Shown piece by piece: positions 9,844 to 19,687 of a stretch of 64,000 bases of DNA. Below the pieces are notes generated by a model, which had not been told where the DNA came from, made no database searches, and was given only the letters and a program-made list of their open reading frames with translations. The translations under genes and the position numbers were made by a program. The stretch covers positions 1,371 to 65,370 of the forward strand of contig JAHBVU010000019.1 of assembly GCA_019637315.1 (NCBI GenBank), written 5' to 3'. Positions within the stretch are counted from its first letter, which is position 1. The number at the start of each line of letters is the position of its first letter. The stretch comes from Gemmatimonadales bacterium (GTDB taxonomy: Bacteria > Gemmatimonadota > Gemmatimonadetes > Gemmatimonadales > GWC2-71-9).

Positions 9844-11517
9844 TCAGTAGCCGGCCGCCACGCCGTCCCGGCGCGACTCGGTGCCGCCGATGTAGCCGCG
9901 CTCGCTCCGCATGATGGCCTGGGCGCCGCCGAAGAAGACCGGCAGGCCGTTGAACACCGTCTTCGAGTCGAAGCGCTCGTGACCCATCGCCATGAGCCGG
10001 GCAATCACGTCCGGCCGGATGGCCGACTCGAGCGCGACCGAGGCGCCGCGCACGTGATTGAAGCGCGGCGCGTCGATGGCGGCCTGCACATCCATGCCGA
10101 AGAGCAGAATGTTGAGCAGGATCTGGATGTGGGCCTGCGGCTGCTGCGCACCGCCGACTACGCCGTAGCTCATCCAGGGCTCGTCCTTGCCGTCGGGGCC
10201 GATCCTGGTGACGAACCCCGGAATGATGGTGTGACGCGGCCGGCGGCCGGGCGCCACGGTGTTCGGCTGCCCCGGTTCGAGGCTGAAGCCCACGCCGCGA
10301 TTCTGGAGCGGAAAGCCAGTGCCTGGCACGACCACGCCCGAGCCGAAGCCGCCGGCCACGCTCGTGATCAGGGAGACCATGTTGCCCTCGGCGTCGGCGG
10401 CGGTGAGGTAGGTCGTGTTGCCACTGCCCGGGATCGCGCCATGCGCAGGGCCGGCCGAGGCGCGGGCCGGGTCGATCAGTGCGCGCCGAGCGGCGATGAA
10501 CTCGTCGGTCAGCAACTGCTCGGCTTTGACGGTCATGTAGCGCGGATCGCCGACATAGTGATCGAGATCGGCATAGGCGAGCTTCTTCGCTTCGATCAGG
10601 TGGTGGAGGTAGGGCGCCGAGTTGTGACCCATGGCGGCAAGGTCGTACGGCTCCAGGATCCGGAGCATCTCGAGCGCGGCAATGCCCTGACCGTTAGGCG
10701 GCAGCTCCCAGAGCCGGTAGCCTTTGAACGGCACTCCGACAGGGTTGATCCACTCCACCTCGTGGCGGGCAAAGTCCTCGACCGTCAGGAAGCCCTTGAG
10801 CGACTGAATGCCGTCGGCGAGCTGGCGCCCCAGCGCGCCACCGTAGAACACGGCGGGGCCCTGCGCCGCGACGGTGCGCAGGGTCCGAGCCAGGTCCGGG
10901 TTGCTGAACCACTCGCCAACCTTGGGGGCCCGGGTGCCGTCGATCAGAAGGTTCTGCCGTGCCCCAGGGTCCTGCCGGATCGGATTCGCCATGACCTCCC
11001 ACTCGGCCGCGATCATCGGACTGACCGGAAAACCGGCCTCCGCCAGCGCCACCGTCGGTGCGATGGCGTCAGCCAGCGAGATCGTGCCGTAGCGCGAGAG
11101 CAGCGCCTGCCAGCCCGCCAGCGCGCCCGGCACTGTGATCGTCTCTGCGCCGATGCTCGGCATCCGGGTGTGGCCGCGGCGCTTGAGCTCTTCGAGCGTC
11201 ATCAACGCGCCGGCCCTGCCGCTCGAGTTGAGGCCGACCAGCCGCTGCTCCTTGGCCGACCACATGATCACGAAGAGGTCGCCGCCGATGCCGCTCATCA
11301 TCGGTTCGACCAGCCCGAGCATCACGGCGGCAGTCACGGCCGCGTCGACCGCGTTGCCGCCGTTCTGCAGGACGCGGAGCCCGGCCTGACTGGCCAGCGG
11401 CTGCGAGGTGGCGACGATGCCGTTAGGCGCATAGACCGCGGCGCGAGGCTGGGCGACCACCGGGGCAGCCACGGGGGCGGCCAGCACGAGCGAGGCGGCA
11501 ATGAGGTATCGAGTCAT
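9844..11517 (-). CDS. ggt: Gamma-glutamyltransferase
   Basis: 557 aa with a signal peptide. N-terminal GIVATSQPLASQAGLRVLQNGGNAVDAAV and the autoprocessing-site region GNTTYLTAADAEGNMVSLITS. Confidence 0.9.
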   Translation of the reverse strand: MTRYLIAASLVLAAPVAAPVVAQPRAAVYAPNGIVATSQPLASQAGLRVLQNGGNAVDAAVTAAVMLGLVEPMMSGIGGDLFVIMWSAKEQRLVGLNSSGRAGALMTLEELKRRGHTRMPSIGAETITVPGALAGWQALLSRYGTISLADAIAPTVALAEAGFPVSPMIAAEWEVMANPIRQDPGARQNLLIDGTRAPKVGEWFSNPDLARTLRTVAAQGPAVFYGGALGRQLADGIQSLKGFLTVEDFARHEVEWINPVGVPFKGYRLWELPPNGQGIAALEMLRILEPYDLAAMGHNSAPYLHHLIEAKKLAYADLDHYVGDPRYMTVKAEQLLTDEFIAARRALIDPARASAGPAHGAIPGSGNTTYLTAADAEGNMVSLITSVAGGFGSGVVVPGTGFPLQNRGVGFSLEPGQPNTVAPGRRPRHTIIPGFVTRIGPDGKDEPWMSYGVVGGAQQPQAHIQILLNILLFGMDVQAAIDAPRFNHVRGASVALESAIRPDVIARLMAMGHERFDSKTVFNGLPVFFGGAQAIMRSERGYIGGTESRRDGVAAGY

Positions 11518-11548
11518 TCGCGCAATCTAAGCGGGTGGTGGAATCACG

Positions 11549-11590
11549 ACCTCGAAGCGGGTAGTGGGTCCACCCACTACCTCGAAGCGG
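11549..11590. repeat. Direct repeat ACCTCGAAGCGG (x2, 30-bp period) flanking and overlapping the inverted repeat GTAGTGGGT-cc-ACCCACTAC
   Basis: Read directly in the divergent ggt / CocE-family intergenic region. Coordinates are anchored on the ORF 11564 start. Confidence 0.6.
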
Positions 11591-11653
11591 CGCTCCTTGC
11601 GTTGTCTCGCCGACGCCGTAGAATCAACGGTCTCCCCTCCAGCCGAGAACCGG

Positions 11654-13558
11654 ATGTTACAGCGCAGTCTTGCCGCCGTTGCGGTGTTGATGCTGGCCGC
11701 TTGTGCGCCGCGTGGCGCCGACGAGAACGCCGGCCGCATCTCCACCTTCGGACAGTATCAAGGGTACGACGAGCCGCGGTTCACCGAGTGGGTCCGCACC
11801 TCGGAGTACGTCACGGTGCGAGACGGCACCCGCCTCGCGGTCGACGTGATTCGCCCGGCGGTCAACGGCCAGGCGGCGGATGGCAAGTTTCCAGTTGTCT
11901 GGACTCACTCGCGCTACCACCGTGGTACGCCCGAGGCGGCGGCCGTGCTGGCGAGTCGCGACGTGCGGAATCTCGGGTCGAAGGCGCGGGCTAGCGAGGA
12001 ATCGCTGGCGCGCCGCAACGCGCCGTCGATGGTCGACGTCAATCCGACCCTGCAGCGGCTGGTGCGACACGGCTATGCGGTCGTCGCCGTGCAAGTGCGC
12101 GGCGGCGGTGCCTCGTTCGGCCGGTACGAGGGGCTCTTTTCCCCGACCGAAACGCGCGACGCCTACGATGTGATGGACTGGATGGTCAAGCAGCCCTGGA
12201 GCGACGGCAATCTCGGCATGTTCGGCGGCTCCTATCTCGGTATCACGCAGTACATGGCGGCCAGCACGGCGCATCCGGCGCTCAAGGCGATCTTTCCCAT
12301 CGTGGCGGCGTTCGACATGTACAACGTGGTGTACGAGGGCGGGATCTACCGCGAGAACACCATGCAGCACTGGGGCATCCTGACCCACAGCCTCGACAAG
12401 GTCTACCCCGAGCCGCCGGTCGATGCCGACACGAGTGGCGCCTTGCGGGCCGAAGCGCTTGCCATGCACGAAAAGAACTGGGACGTGGTCGAGCAGTATC
12501 GTCGCGCGGTCAATCGCGACTATGACGCACCCGACTTTGCCTGGTCGCGCCATGATCCGGCTGGCGTACTCGATGCCATTAATCGGGCCGCGGTGCCAGC
12601 ATATCACTTCGGCGGCTGGTACGACATCTTCGCCAGGGACGAGATGCTCTGGTTTGCCAACTACAAAGGCCCCCAGCGGGTCACCATGGGCGGCTGGGCC
12701 CATGCTGCGCACGACAGCATCGTCAACCTCGAGTACGTCCGGGTCCTCGGTGCGGAGCAGCACCGCTGGTTCGACCGCTGGCTCAAAGGCATTCAGAACG
12801 GCGTCGACAGCGGCGCACGAATCAACTATGCGCTGATGCTCGACCCCGGCAAATGGGAATGGCGCTCGGCCGATGAGTGGCCGGCCAAGGGCGTCAGTAA
12901 TGTCGAGTACTTCTTCGGCGGCGGTGGGTCCGGCAGCGTCAAATCGGTCAACGACGGTGTGCTGGCGACGGCGGCCTCAGCCGCGGGGAGCGATCGGTAC
13001 CTCGTCGACCTGACGACCACGACAGGCACCGCGAGCCGCTGGGACAACGCAGTCGGGCAGGGACCGATGCGTTATCCGGACCTGGCCCCGAACGAAACGA
13101 AAGCGCTGACCTACACGACGGAGGCGCTGGCTGCGGATCTCACGGTCGTCGGTCATCCGGTGGTGACGCTCCACGTCAGCTCGAATCAGAGCGACGGTGA
13201 TTTCTACGCCGTGCTCACCGAGGTCGACAGCGCCGGGGTCTCCCGCTACGTCACCGAGGGCATTCTGCGGGCCTCGTATCGCGATACCACGACGCCGCCA
13301 TACGATTATCTCGGTTTGCCCTGGCACCGTGCGTACAAGGCGGATCGGAAGCCGCTGACCCCAGGTCAGGTCGTGACGCTGCAATTTCCGCTGCATCCGA
13401 CTGCCACGGTGTTCAACGCCGGCCACCGGCTCCGGGTCACGATCATGGGCGCCGACGCCGACAACACCGAGCGGCCGCCGGTGCGGGGTCGCCCGACGGT
13501 AACGCTGCATCGCGGCCCCGAGCATCCGTCGGGCATCCGGCTGCCGGTGATGAAGTGA
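11654..13558 (+). CDS. CocE/NonD family hydrolase (S15 X-Pro dipeptidyl-peptidase-like), lipoprotein
   Basis: Signal ...VLMLAACAPRG. Motifs DGTRLAVDVIRP, GGSYLGITQ (GxSYxG nucleophile) and a C-terminal beta-sandwich with ...HRLRVTIMGAD. Confidence 0.85.
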   Translation: MLQRSLAAVAVLMLAACAPRGADENAGRISTFGQYQGYDEPRFTEWVRTSEYVTVRDGTRLAVDVIRPAVNGQAADGKFPVVWTHSRYHRGTPEAAAVLASRDVRNLGSKARASEESLARRNAPSMVDVNPTLQRLVRHGYAVVAVQVRGGGASFGRYEGLFSPTETRDAYDVMDWMVKQPWSDGNLGMFGGSYLGITQYMAASTAHPALKAIFPIVAAFDMYNVVYEGGIYRENTMQHWGILTHSLDKVYPEPPVDADTSGALRAEALAMHEKNWDVVEQYRRAVNRDYDAPDFAWSRHDPAGVLDAINRAAVPAYHFGGWYDIFARDEMLWFANYKGPQRVTMGGWAHAAHDSIVNLEYVRVLGAEQHRWFDRWLKGIQNGVDSGARINYALMLDPGKWEWRSADEWPAKGVSNVEYFFGGGGSGSVKSVNDGVLATAASAAGSDRYLVDLTTTTGTASRWDNAVGQGPMRYPDLAPNETKALTYTTEALAADLTVVGHPVVTLHVSSNQSDGDFYAVLTEVDSAGVSRYVTEGILRASYRDTTTPPYDYLGLPWHRAYKADRKPLTPGQVVTLQFPLHPTATVFNAGHRLRVTIMGADADNTERPPVRGRPTVTLHRGPEHPSGIRLPVMK

Positions 13559-13641
13559 TGGTTGCCGGGGCGATCGGCGGCAGGGTGGTGGGCGCTGAGA
13601 CCGATCGTGTGTTGGATACTGACCCGGCCCGCGCCGTCAGC

Positions 13642-14832
13642 TCAGGCTGAGGCGCGCGTGCTGGGCGCTTCGTTGAGCAGCCATGCCAGGGCGTAGCGGT
13701 TGGCTCGGTGGTCGCCGGTGGGTAGCGTCGTTGCCCCGAGCCGTGTGGTAATCGGGTGGCGCTCACTCCGAGTGCTCAGGTAGCGGAGAGCGAAGGTGAC
13801 GACGTCGGCGGCGGTGTAGGCCGAGCGGCCGCGGAGCAAGCGCCTGAGCTGGGCCAGGTCGCGACCGCTCGTGACCAGCCCGACGGCAAGGGGCGGCGTC
13901 GGCGACTGCCAGTGCCGCCCGCGTTCGCCGCCTTGGCCAGCGGTCGGACTCGCGTGGTCGGCTTCCTCGCACCAGGCAAAGAGATTGCGGATATAGATGC
14001 CCGCCGCCGCGGAGCGACACTGCGCGTTCGCGCAACCCTTGCTTCGCACGCCTTCGGTCCAGTAAGGAATCCCGCGCTCGCCGAGCTGGCTCAGCCTGCA
14101 ATCGTCACCTTCCTCGGGCAGGCCGCAGTCGACCACCACGCCATCGACCGGGCTCGCATCGAGGGTGCTCTCGATGGCCCGGGGGCCGACGATTGGTATC
14201 AACCAGGGACGGAAGGCGCGTTGCCTCGGCAACGGCCCGAGCTGCCGCGGGTCGAAGGAGACTGTGTCGGGGCCGATGACCGGGCCGCGGGTCGGCAGTT
14301 TGATCGATACGAGCTCGTGCTGAGCCAGGCGCTCGAGGGCATTGCGGAAGCCGCGTGGTAGCTGGCCCTGGATCAGCACGGCGTCGACCCCGGCCAGGAT
14401 GGCTCCGTACAGGACGGCGAGATTCGGCACTCCCTCGCCGATGGTGAGCGAGATCCCGACAGGAGCGTCGTGACCTTCCTTGGCGAGCCCGACCTCGACG
14501 AAGGCGGCCAGCGCCGCCAACCCTGCGGGGTCCGTACTGGCGGCACGGCGGCAGGCCGCGAGCAGGCTTTCTCCGGTGGCGGCGGGCCGACGACCGGCAA
14601 AACAACTCTGCTGAACCCTGGTGGCCAGGTCATGGTATGGAAAGTCGGCCATCAGCCGACGAATCCGTCCACCGGGGTCACCAGCCTGGAGGTGCCGGAT
14701 CAGGAAAGCCTCCACATGATTGCCGGAGACCACCCCGAGTTGCCCGGCCCGTGATACCGCGCTGGCCAGGCGCCAGCCAGCGGCGCCATCGGGGCCCTGG
14801 ATGATCCGAGGCAGGTTCAGTCGAATGCTCAT
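13642..14832 (-). CDS. Nitronate monooxygenase (NMO/2-nitropropane dioxygenase)-like protein, divergent long form
   Basis: N-terminal LPRIIQGPDGAAGWRLASAVSRAGQLGVVSG resembles the NMO FMN-binding start. The rest is poorly conserved. Confidence 0.5.
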   Translation of the reverse strand: MSIRLNLPRIIQGPDGAAGWRLASAVSRAGQLGVVSGNHVEAFLIRHLQAGDPGGRIRRLMADFPYHDLATRVQQSCFAGRRPAATGESLLAACRRAASTDPAGLAALAAFVEVGLAKEGHDAPVGISLTIGEGVPNLAVLYGAILAGVDAVLIQGQLPRGFRNALERLAQHELVSIKLPTRGPVIGPDTVSFDPRQLGPLPRQRAFRPWLIPIVGPRAIESTLDASPVDGVVVDCGLPEEGDDCRLSQLGERGIPYWTEGVRSKGCANAQCRSAAAGIYIRNLFAWCEEADHASPTAGQGGERGRHWQSPTPPLAVGLVTSGRDLAQLRRLLRGRSAYTAADVVTFALRYLSTRSERHPITTRLGATTLPTGDHRANRYALAWLLNEAPSTRASA

Positions 14833-14957
14833 GGGCCAATGCTAAGGCTCGGACCATGAGATTCCCGTGAAGGCGGGGTGAACCCCGGCCGGAGTGGGCG
14901 CCGGGCCGCTTGCGACCAGGGCGCAATCGGCTGACTCCCCGGGCGCGGCGGCGATGG

Positions 14958-17462
14958 CTAGCCCCAGTTGGTGCCGAACGAGCAGGGCGGGGCCGGTGCC
15001 GGGCTGCCCTCCCAGATCTGCCGGGCATAGAAGCGCAATGTTATGGCGGGCGAAAACCCCGAGACCCGCGCCCGAACGGTGCCCCGCGCCCACCCCGAGT
15101 TGCTGACTTCCATCATCATGAACACGAGCATCTGGGTCCCGAAGATGTTATCCAGGACACTGCCGCCGTAGTTGCGCGAGAATCCGGAGGGCCCTCCGGG
15201 AGACTCGGACGCGCTGCCGATGTAGACCCGCGCCTCGAGCTTGGGCGAGTGGGTCGTGTCGGCGGGAAAGAGCGGCAGTGCCTTGGCAGACGCTCCCTGC
15301 CCAGCTGCCGTCACCACGAAAAAGGTGCCGAACTGGCGCCCCGTGTTGGGGGTCAGCAGCGAGAGGAAGCCGTCCCTCGGGGTGGCGACGACCTTGTTGA
15401 CCTGAGCGAGCCACCGCCCATACGCACTGGCCTGGGCGCCGCTGAAACTGTTGCTCGGACTGTCGGCCTCCATGGCAACGCACTCCATCCGCCAGTGGTA
15501 CCCCTCCTGAATCGTGATCAGGAGGGAGTCGGCGGCCAAGCGGGTTCCCGCGGCGTCGAACAACTCGACCTTGGGACGGTAGGCGCCTCTCACGGGGAAC
15601 CGGTGGATGACCGTCGCATCGGCGAATCCGGTTTCGATGGGCGCGACGTGAGGGCCGAAGCTGAAGCGATACTTTGATCCAGGTCCTCCGAGGCCCTCGT
15701 TGACGACCGACCAGGTGATTTCCTGCCCGATGATGGCCTGGAAACGGTCTCGGTTGATGCGGAAAGGAACTCGCTCGACGTCGACCATGGTGAAGTGAGA
15801 GTAGAGCCACTCACCGATATTGGGGTCGTCGTGGGTGACGCGATGCGTCATCCCGAACCGGTGAGCGCCGAGGCTGACCGGAACCTTGACCCCGGGCAGG
15901 AGATCCTCGCGGTCATCACCGAGGAAATCGCCCTCGACCTTGTAAGCTCCGGTAAAGACCCGATCGGGATGGGTGTTCGCAGGGCCGCGAGACACTTTGC
16001 AATCGCGACAGAGGGTTCGGAAGGTTAGATCGGTGCTCGCGGTCCTGATACCGCTGGTGACCGAACGCCAGAGCGTGTCGACCGGGTCGCGATACTCGAG
16101 CCCGACCGGGTGAAACAGATTGTCGCCGATCGTCTTGTTCTCCAGTTGCTCCCAGAGCGCTGCGAACTTGGTGTTGTCGACCAGCGCGCTGACGCCCATC
16201 ACGACGAGTCGCGAGTATGGTTCGGCAGGGCGCTCAGCGTGCTGCGCAAACTGAAACGGTGTCACGTTCTCGGTGCTGAACTCGAGGATCCGCTCCTGGC
16301 CCGGGACGTTCGGGTCCGAGACATAGATTCTGCCGCCGGTCGTGTTCGGCTCGATCGCCTGCGCAACGATCGAGTGTCCTCCGGTCCAATCGGCCCGGTA
16401 GATGCCCAGCGCCTGGGCCCGCCCGGTCGTGAGCATGGCAAGCGCCAGCGCCTCGGATTGCGTGATCACCCACGCCGGGCCGCCGAACGTCGTCCCGGCC
16501 TCGGCTGTCGTTTCCTGAAGGATCTGGGCGATGATGCCGGGCCTGGCTCCGTCCCAGTCACCGGTTCGCTGAACCACGGATGCCAGCCGAATGCCCTCGG
16601 GGTTGTCCACCTCCAGGGTCGCGACCTCATCGTAGAGACCGTTGAGTGCGCCGTGGCTGGCCTTCCTGGTGTAATGGTGGTGGAGTGCCGAGAGCGTCGA
16701 CCCCGCGCAGAAGCCTCCGGGAGCGAGGACTGAGCCGCGGTTGATGAAGTCCCAGTCATCGACGCCGGGCGTGAACGAGGTGCGTATCAGGGTTCGGAGG
16801 TCGGCGAGCGATGCCCCGATCAGGATGATCTCGACTTCGCCGGTGGGCGGCACGACGGCCGCAGCCGGGCGGAACGCCGAGCTGCTCGTGGTCGGGATGA
16901 CCATCTGGGCGGCCGAGAGGTGTTGGGTGACCAGGCCGAGCGAAGTGTCGGTGCGCGCCGCCAGGGGGATCAGCTCCAGCGTTCCGGTGCTCGGGTCGCG
17001 GAAGAACGCGGCGACCGCCGAGTCACTGCCGATCCGTGCCGGGACGAAGAGCCGAAACGGCTTCGCGGCGAAGGCCTGCCCGTTGCTGATCCGGATGGTG
17101 GACCCGATCTGCCGGGTCCGGGCCGGCAGGGTCGGTCGGACCTCCTTCATTTCGCTTACCGTCCACTGGGTCCCGGTCGTGAATGCCCCCGCAGGCACCG
17201 TGATCCTGAGCCCGGCAAGCGGGCTGCCCGTTTTGGTAACCGTCAGAGTCCCGCCTCCGGCACCGAGCGGCGCGTCGAGCACCACGTCGATGGGGCTTGG
17301 TGGCGGCGGTGGCGGAGGAGGAGGTGGTGGTGGCGGCGGTGGTGGCGGCGGGGCCGGCGGCGGCGCGGGCGGATTGGGCGTTACGGCCGGGTCGCCGCCA
17401 CCGCAGGCGGTCGCGAGAACGGCCAGCAGCAAGACAGCGAGAAGTGCACGGACCGGGCGCAT
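14958..17462 (-). CDS. Large secreted lipoprotein: poly-proline tether, papain/C39-like Cys-His domain, PKD-like domain, unknown C-terminal domain
   Basis: 834 aa. Lipobox LATAC. Proline-rich tether PNPPAPPPA followed by 18 prolines. Candidate nucleophile GGFCAGSTLSALHHHY and His/Asp region WTGGHSIVAQ...IYVSDPN. A PKD-like stretch ITWSVVNEG...ELFDAAGTRL. Confidence 0.75.
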   Translation of the reverse strand: MRPVRALLAVLLLAVLATACGGGDPAVTPNPPAPPPAPPPPPPPPPPPPPPPPPPSPIDVVLDAPLGAGGGTLTVTKTGSPLAGLRITVPAGAFTTGTQWTVSEMKEVRPTLPARTRQIGSTIRISNGQAFAAKPFRLFVPARIGSDSAVAAFFRDPSTGTLELIPLAARTDTSLGLVTQHLSAAQMVIPTTSSSAFRPAAAVVPPTGEVEIILIGASLADLRTLIRTSFTPGVDDWDFINRGSVLAPGGFCAGSTLSALHHHYTRKASHGALNGLYDEVATLEVDNPEGIRLASVVQRTGDWDGARPGIIAQILQETTAEAGTTFGGPAWVITQSEALALAMLTTGRAQALGIYRADWTGGHSIVAQAIEPNTTGGRIYVSDPNVPGQERILEFSTENVTPFQFAQHAERPAEPYSRLVVMGVSALVDNTKFAALWEQLENKTIGDNLFHPVGLEYRDPVDTLWRSVTSGIRTASTDLTFRTLCRDCKVSRGPANTHPDRVFTGAYKVEGDFLGDDREDLLPGVKVPVSLGAHRFGMTHRVTHDDPNIGEWLYSHFTMVDVERVPFRINRDRFQAIIGQEITWSVVNEGLGGPGSKYRFSFGPHVAPIETGFADATVIHRFPVRGAYRPKVELFDAAGTRLAADSLLITIQEGYHWRMECVAMEADSPSNSFSGAQASAYGRWLAQVNKVVATPRDGFLSLLTPNTGRQFGTFFVVTAAGQGASAKALPLFPADTTHSPKLEARVYIGSASESPGGPSGFSRNYGGSVLDNIFGTQMLVFMMMEVSNSGWARGTVRARVSGFSPAITLRFYARQIWEGSPAPAPPCSFGTNWG
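17298..17351 (-). repeat. Run of 18 consecutive proline codons (CCN)18 inside the lipoprotein gene
   Basis: Codons counted by hand in frame. The plus strand reads (GGN)18. Confidence 0.85.
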
Positions 17463-17588
17463 AGTGAATCTCGATTGAGAACCATGCTATACGCGCAAGC
17501 GGCCCGGGCGCGGGATCACCCGTGCAGCATCTGGCCCGGGAAGGTCAGTTCCTGGTTCGCGGGCCACCCGTCATCGGCCAGTGGGGCG

Positions 17589-19610
17589 CTAGTGCCGCGT
17601 CGCGTGAACCCAGTCCCAGTGATCGGCCGCGCGCTTCACGGCGCGGTCGATGTCATCCTCGAGCAGCATCCGTCGGGCTACCAGGCTGTTGGCGACTCGA
17701 CGGGCCTGCGCAAGGTACGCATCGCGGTTCGGGTAGAGTGACGCGATGGCGGGGCGCGGATCCCGCGCTGCGGCGCGCGCGCGACCATCGACCGGAAGCG
17801 CCAGGTAGCTGCCCAGGATCCGGGTCAGCTCGGTGGTGTCGCCCGGCTGGCCGCGACGCAGGTTCCACGAGAGGTAACTCGCGAGCGGCGCCTCCAGTTC
17901 GACCGAGCGCATGCCCCCCACTTCATTGCCGAGCGAATCGACCTGGGGGACCAGCACCGGGAACGGTTTCGACAAGGTCGGCGGCTCGCGGTCGACGATG
18001 CCCTCGCGCCAGCGCGGCCCATAGTCGAGCCGATCGGGCTGATGCACCACGGTCGGTCGGCCCAGGTCCGGCACCGAGGGTATCGCGACCTTGTCGATGC
18101 TGACGAGATCGCCGCGGGCAAGGGTCGGATAGGCGCTGGGCAGCGGTTCCTTGCCGTCACGGACCCACTCGACCAGCCCGACCAGCAAGGCGCGAAGAGG
18201 CAGGCGGTAGTCGAGCGCCTGACTGCGATAGACCCGAGATCCCGGATGTCGGGTTGCGTCCGGCGGCGGGAACGGCCCGGGAACATGCTGGGCCGAGGTG
18301 AGCAGGTAGATCCGCTCGTTGGCCGGGGGCGCGAGGTCGCGAGCGCCATCCGGCGTGGTGTGAATCAACGACGCCGCGCGGCCCCAGTACTCGTAGCCCG
18401 AGTTGGTCTGGAAGACATAAGGCAGGTGCGCCCGATCGAACAGGTGCGAGTTGATGCCGTCCGTCACGCCAGTCTCAGGATCGGTGCTCGGCTCGCTCGT
18501 GAAGGGAAACAGGTCGGTCGGGAAAAAGAAGGCGTCGTAGCGATGCCCGTCACGCGATGGCTGCGCAAAGCGGTGGTTGAAGCTGCCCCGCCCGCCGCCG
18601 GCAACATGGATCAGCATGCCGTCGAAGACCTTGCGGCCGCGTTCGTCGGTGTTGAAGCCCTGGTAGAGGAAGTGGCGCAGCAAGCGACCGGTCTGGGAAA
18701 TCCCGAAGGCCACTGCGTGGCGAGCGGCAAAGGGGCTCGACGGGTCGTACTTGGCGTGGCTCATCGCGTCGCGAATGGCGGCCAGACCCAGGCCCGCAAC
18801 CCGAGGGTCCTGACTCCGATAGACCAGTTCGTAGATCCGGCCTGCCTCGAACCCCTTGGCGCGATAGATCCAGGCCGGGTCGGCCACCGGAGCACCGTTG
18901 ACCTCGCGGGCAAAGCGCCACTCCGAGCGCGGCACCGTCTGGCGCGGCGCGTAGCGCCCGTCGCGTACCGTCAGCACATGCTGGTCGGAATCCGGATCGA
19001 TCGCGGGATAGGCGACATGATTGCCATGCGCCACCGAGAGCGAGTTGACCGTGCGTGCCACCACCCAGTCCGCCCGGAGCACGCCCGTGATGGGCGAGCC
19101 GTCGGCGTTCCGCACCACCGGTACCTCGAGGCCGAGTCGATCGGCGTCGTCGGGAGGAACGTCGTGCTGCCAGCCGACCCAGACCAGGGTGAGCCCCTGT
19201 CGCAAGAGGAGCGCGTCGCCGACATCCTCGATGGTGGTCGGGCGCGGCGCCATGGTGCCGTAGTCGAGAACCTGAAGCAGATATTTGAGTCCGCGATTCG
19301 ACACCTCGAACAGCGCGACGCCATTGGCCACCGGCTGCTTGGGGCGCAGCGCGGTAAAGTCGGCCCAGGCCTCGACTCGGCCATTCCGCCGCGGCGCCTT
19401 GTCGAGATCGACGATCCGCGCGTTGTATCGATTGGCCGGATCGAAGGCAAAGAGGATCCGTCCCTCGATCATCTCATAGGCCCCCGCCGCGCCGAACGAT
19501 CGACCGCCGGCAACATCGGCTCGGCGGGTGATTTCGATACTGACGACCTCGGCAGCCGCCGAAGCGATCGAGGAGACGAGCAGCAACAGAAAGACGCGAA
19601 GCGCGCGCAT
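17589..19610 (-). CDS. Secreted protein, probably of the 'alpha/beta hydrolase domain-containing' family
   Basis: Start chosen at MRALRVFLLLLVSSIASAAA. The N-terminal region VVSIEITRRADVAGGRSFGAAGAYEMIEGRILFAFDP...LFEVSNRG resembles a family I recall under that name. This was not verified. Confidence 0.6.
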   Translation of the reverse strand: MRALRVFLLLLVSSIASAAAEVVSIEITRRADVAGGRSFGAAGAYEMIEGRILFAFDPANRYNARIVDLDKAPRRNGRVEAWADFTALRPKQPVANGVALFEVSNRGLKYLLQVLDYGTMAPRPTTIEDVGDALLLRQGLTLVWVGWQHDVPPDDADRLGLEVPVVRNADGSPITGVLRADWVVARTVNSLSVAHGNHVAYPAIDPDSDQHVLTVRDGRYAPRQTVPRSEWRFAREVNGAPVADPAWIYRAKGFEAGRIYELVYRSQDPRVAGLGLAAIRDAMSHAKYDPSSPFAARHAVAFGISQTGRLLRHFLYQGFNTDERGRKVFDGMLIHVAGGGRGSFNHRFAQPSRDGHRYDAFFFPTDLFPFTSEPSTDPETGVTDGINSHLFDRAHLPYVFQTNSGYEYWGRAASLIHTTPDGARDLAPPANERIYLLTSAQHVPGPFPPPDATRHPGSRVYRSQALDYRLPLRALLVGLVEWVRDGKEPLPSAYPTLARGDLVSIDKVAIPSVPDLGRPTVVHQPDRLDYGPRWREGIVDREPPTLSKPFPVLVPQVDSLGNEVGGMRSVELEAPLASYLSWNLRRGQPGDTTELTRILGSYLALPVDGRARAAARDPRPAIASLYPNRDAYLAQARRVANSLVARRMLLEDDIDRAVKRAADHWDWVHATRH

Positions 19611-19687
19611 AGGTGCCCTGGCCGAGTGAAAGGAATGCCTGCCGGAAACTAGAGAGAGTGCCGACCCCACGCGAGAGCAGGTGCCGC

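Noticed and set aside
9790-11994. 734-aa plus-strand ORF overlapping ggt
   Set aside because: It is a shadow ORF antisense to a gene with unmistakable gamma-glutamyltransferase motifs. Its translation is Arg/Gly/His-rich with no recognisable domain.
16741-17478. Plus-strand ORF containing an 18-residue poly-glycine run
   Set aside because: It is the complement of the poly-proline codon run. The minus-strand frame is continuous for 834 aa, with a lipobox and domains, so the Gly-run frame is an artefact.
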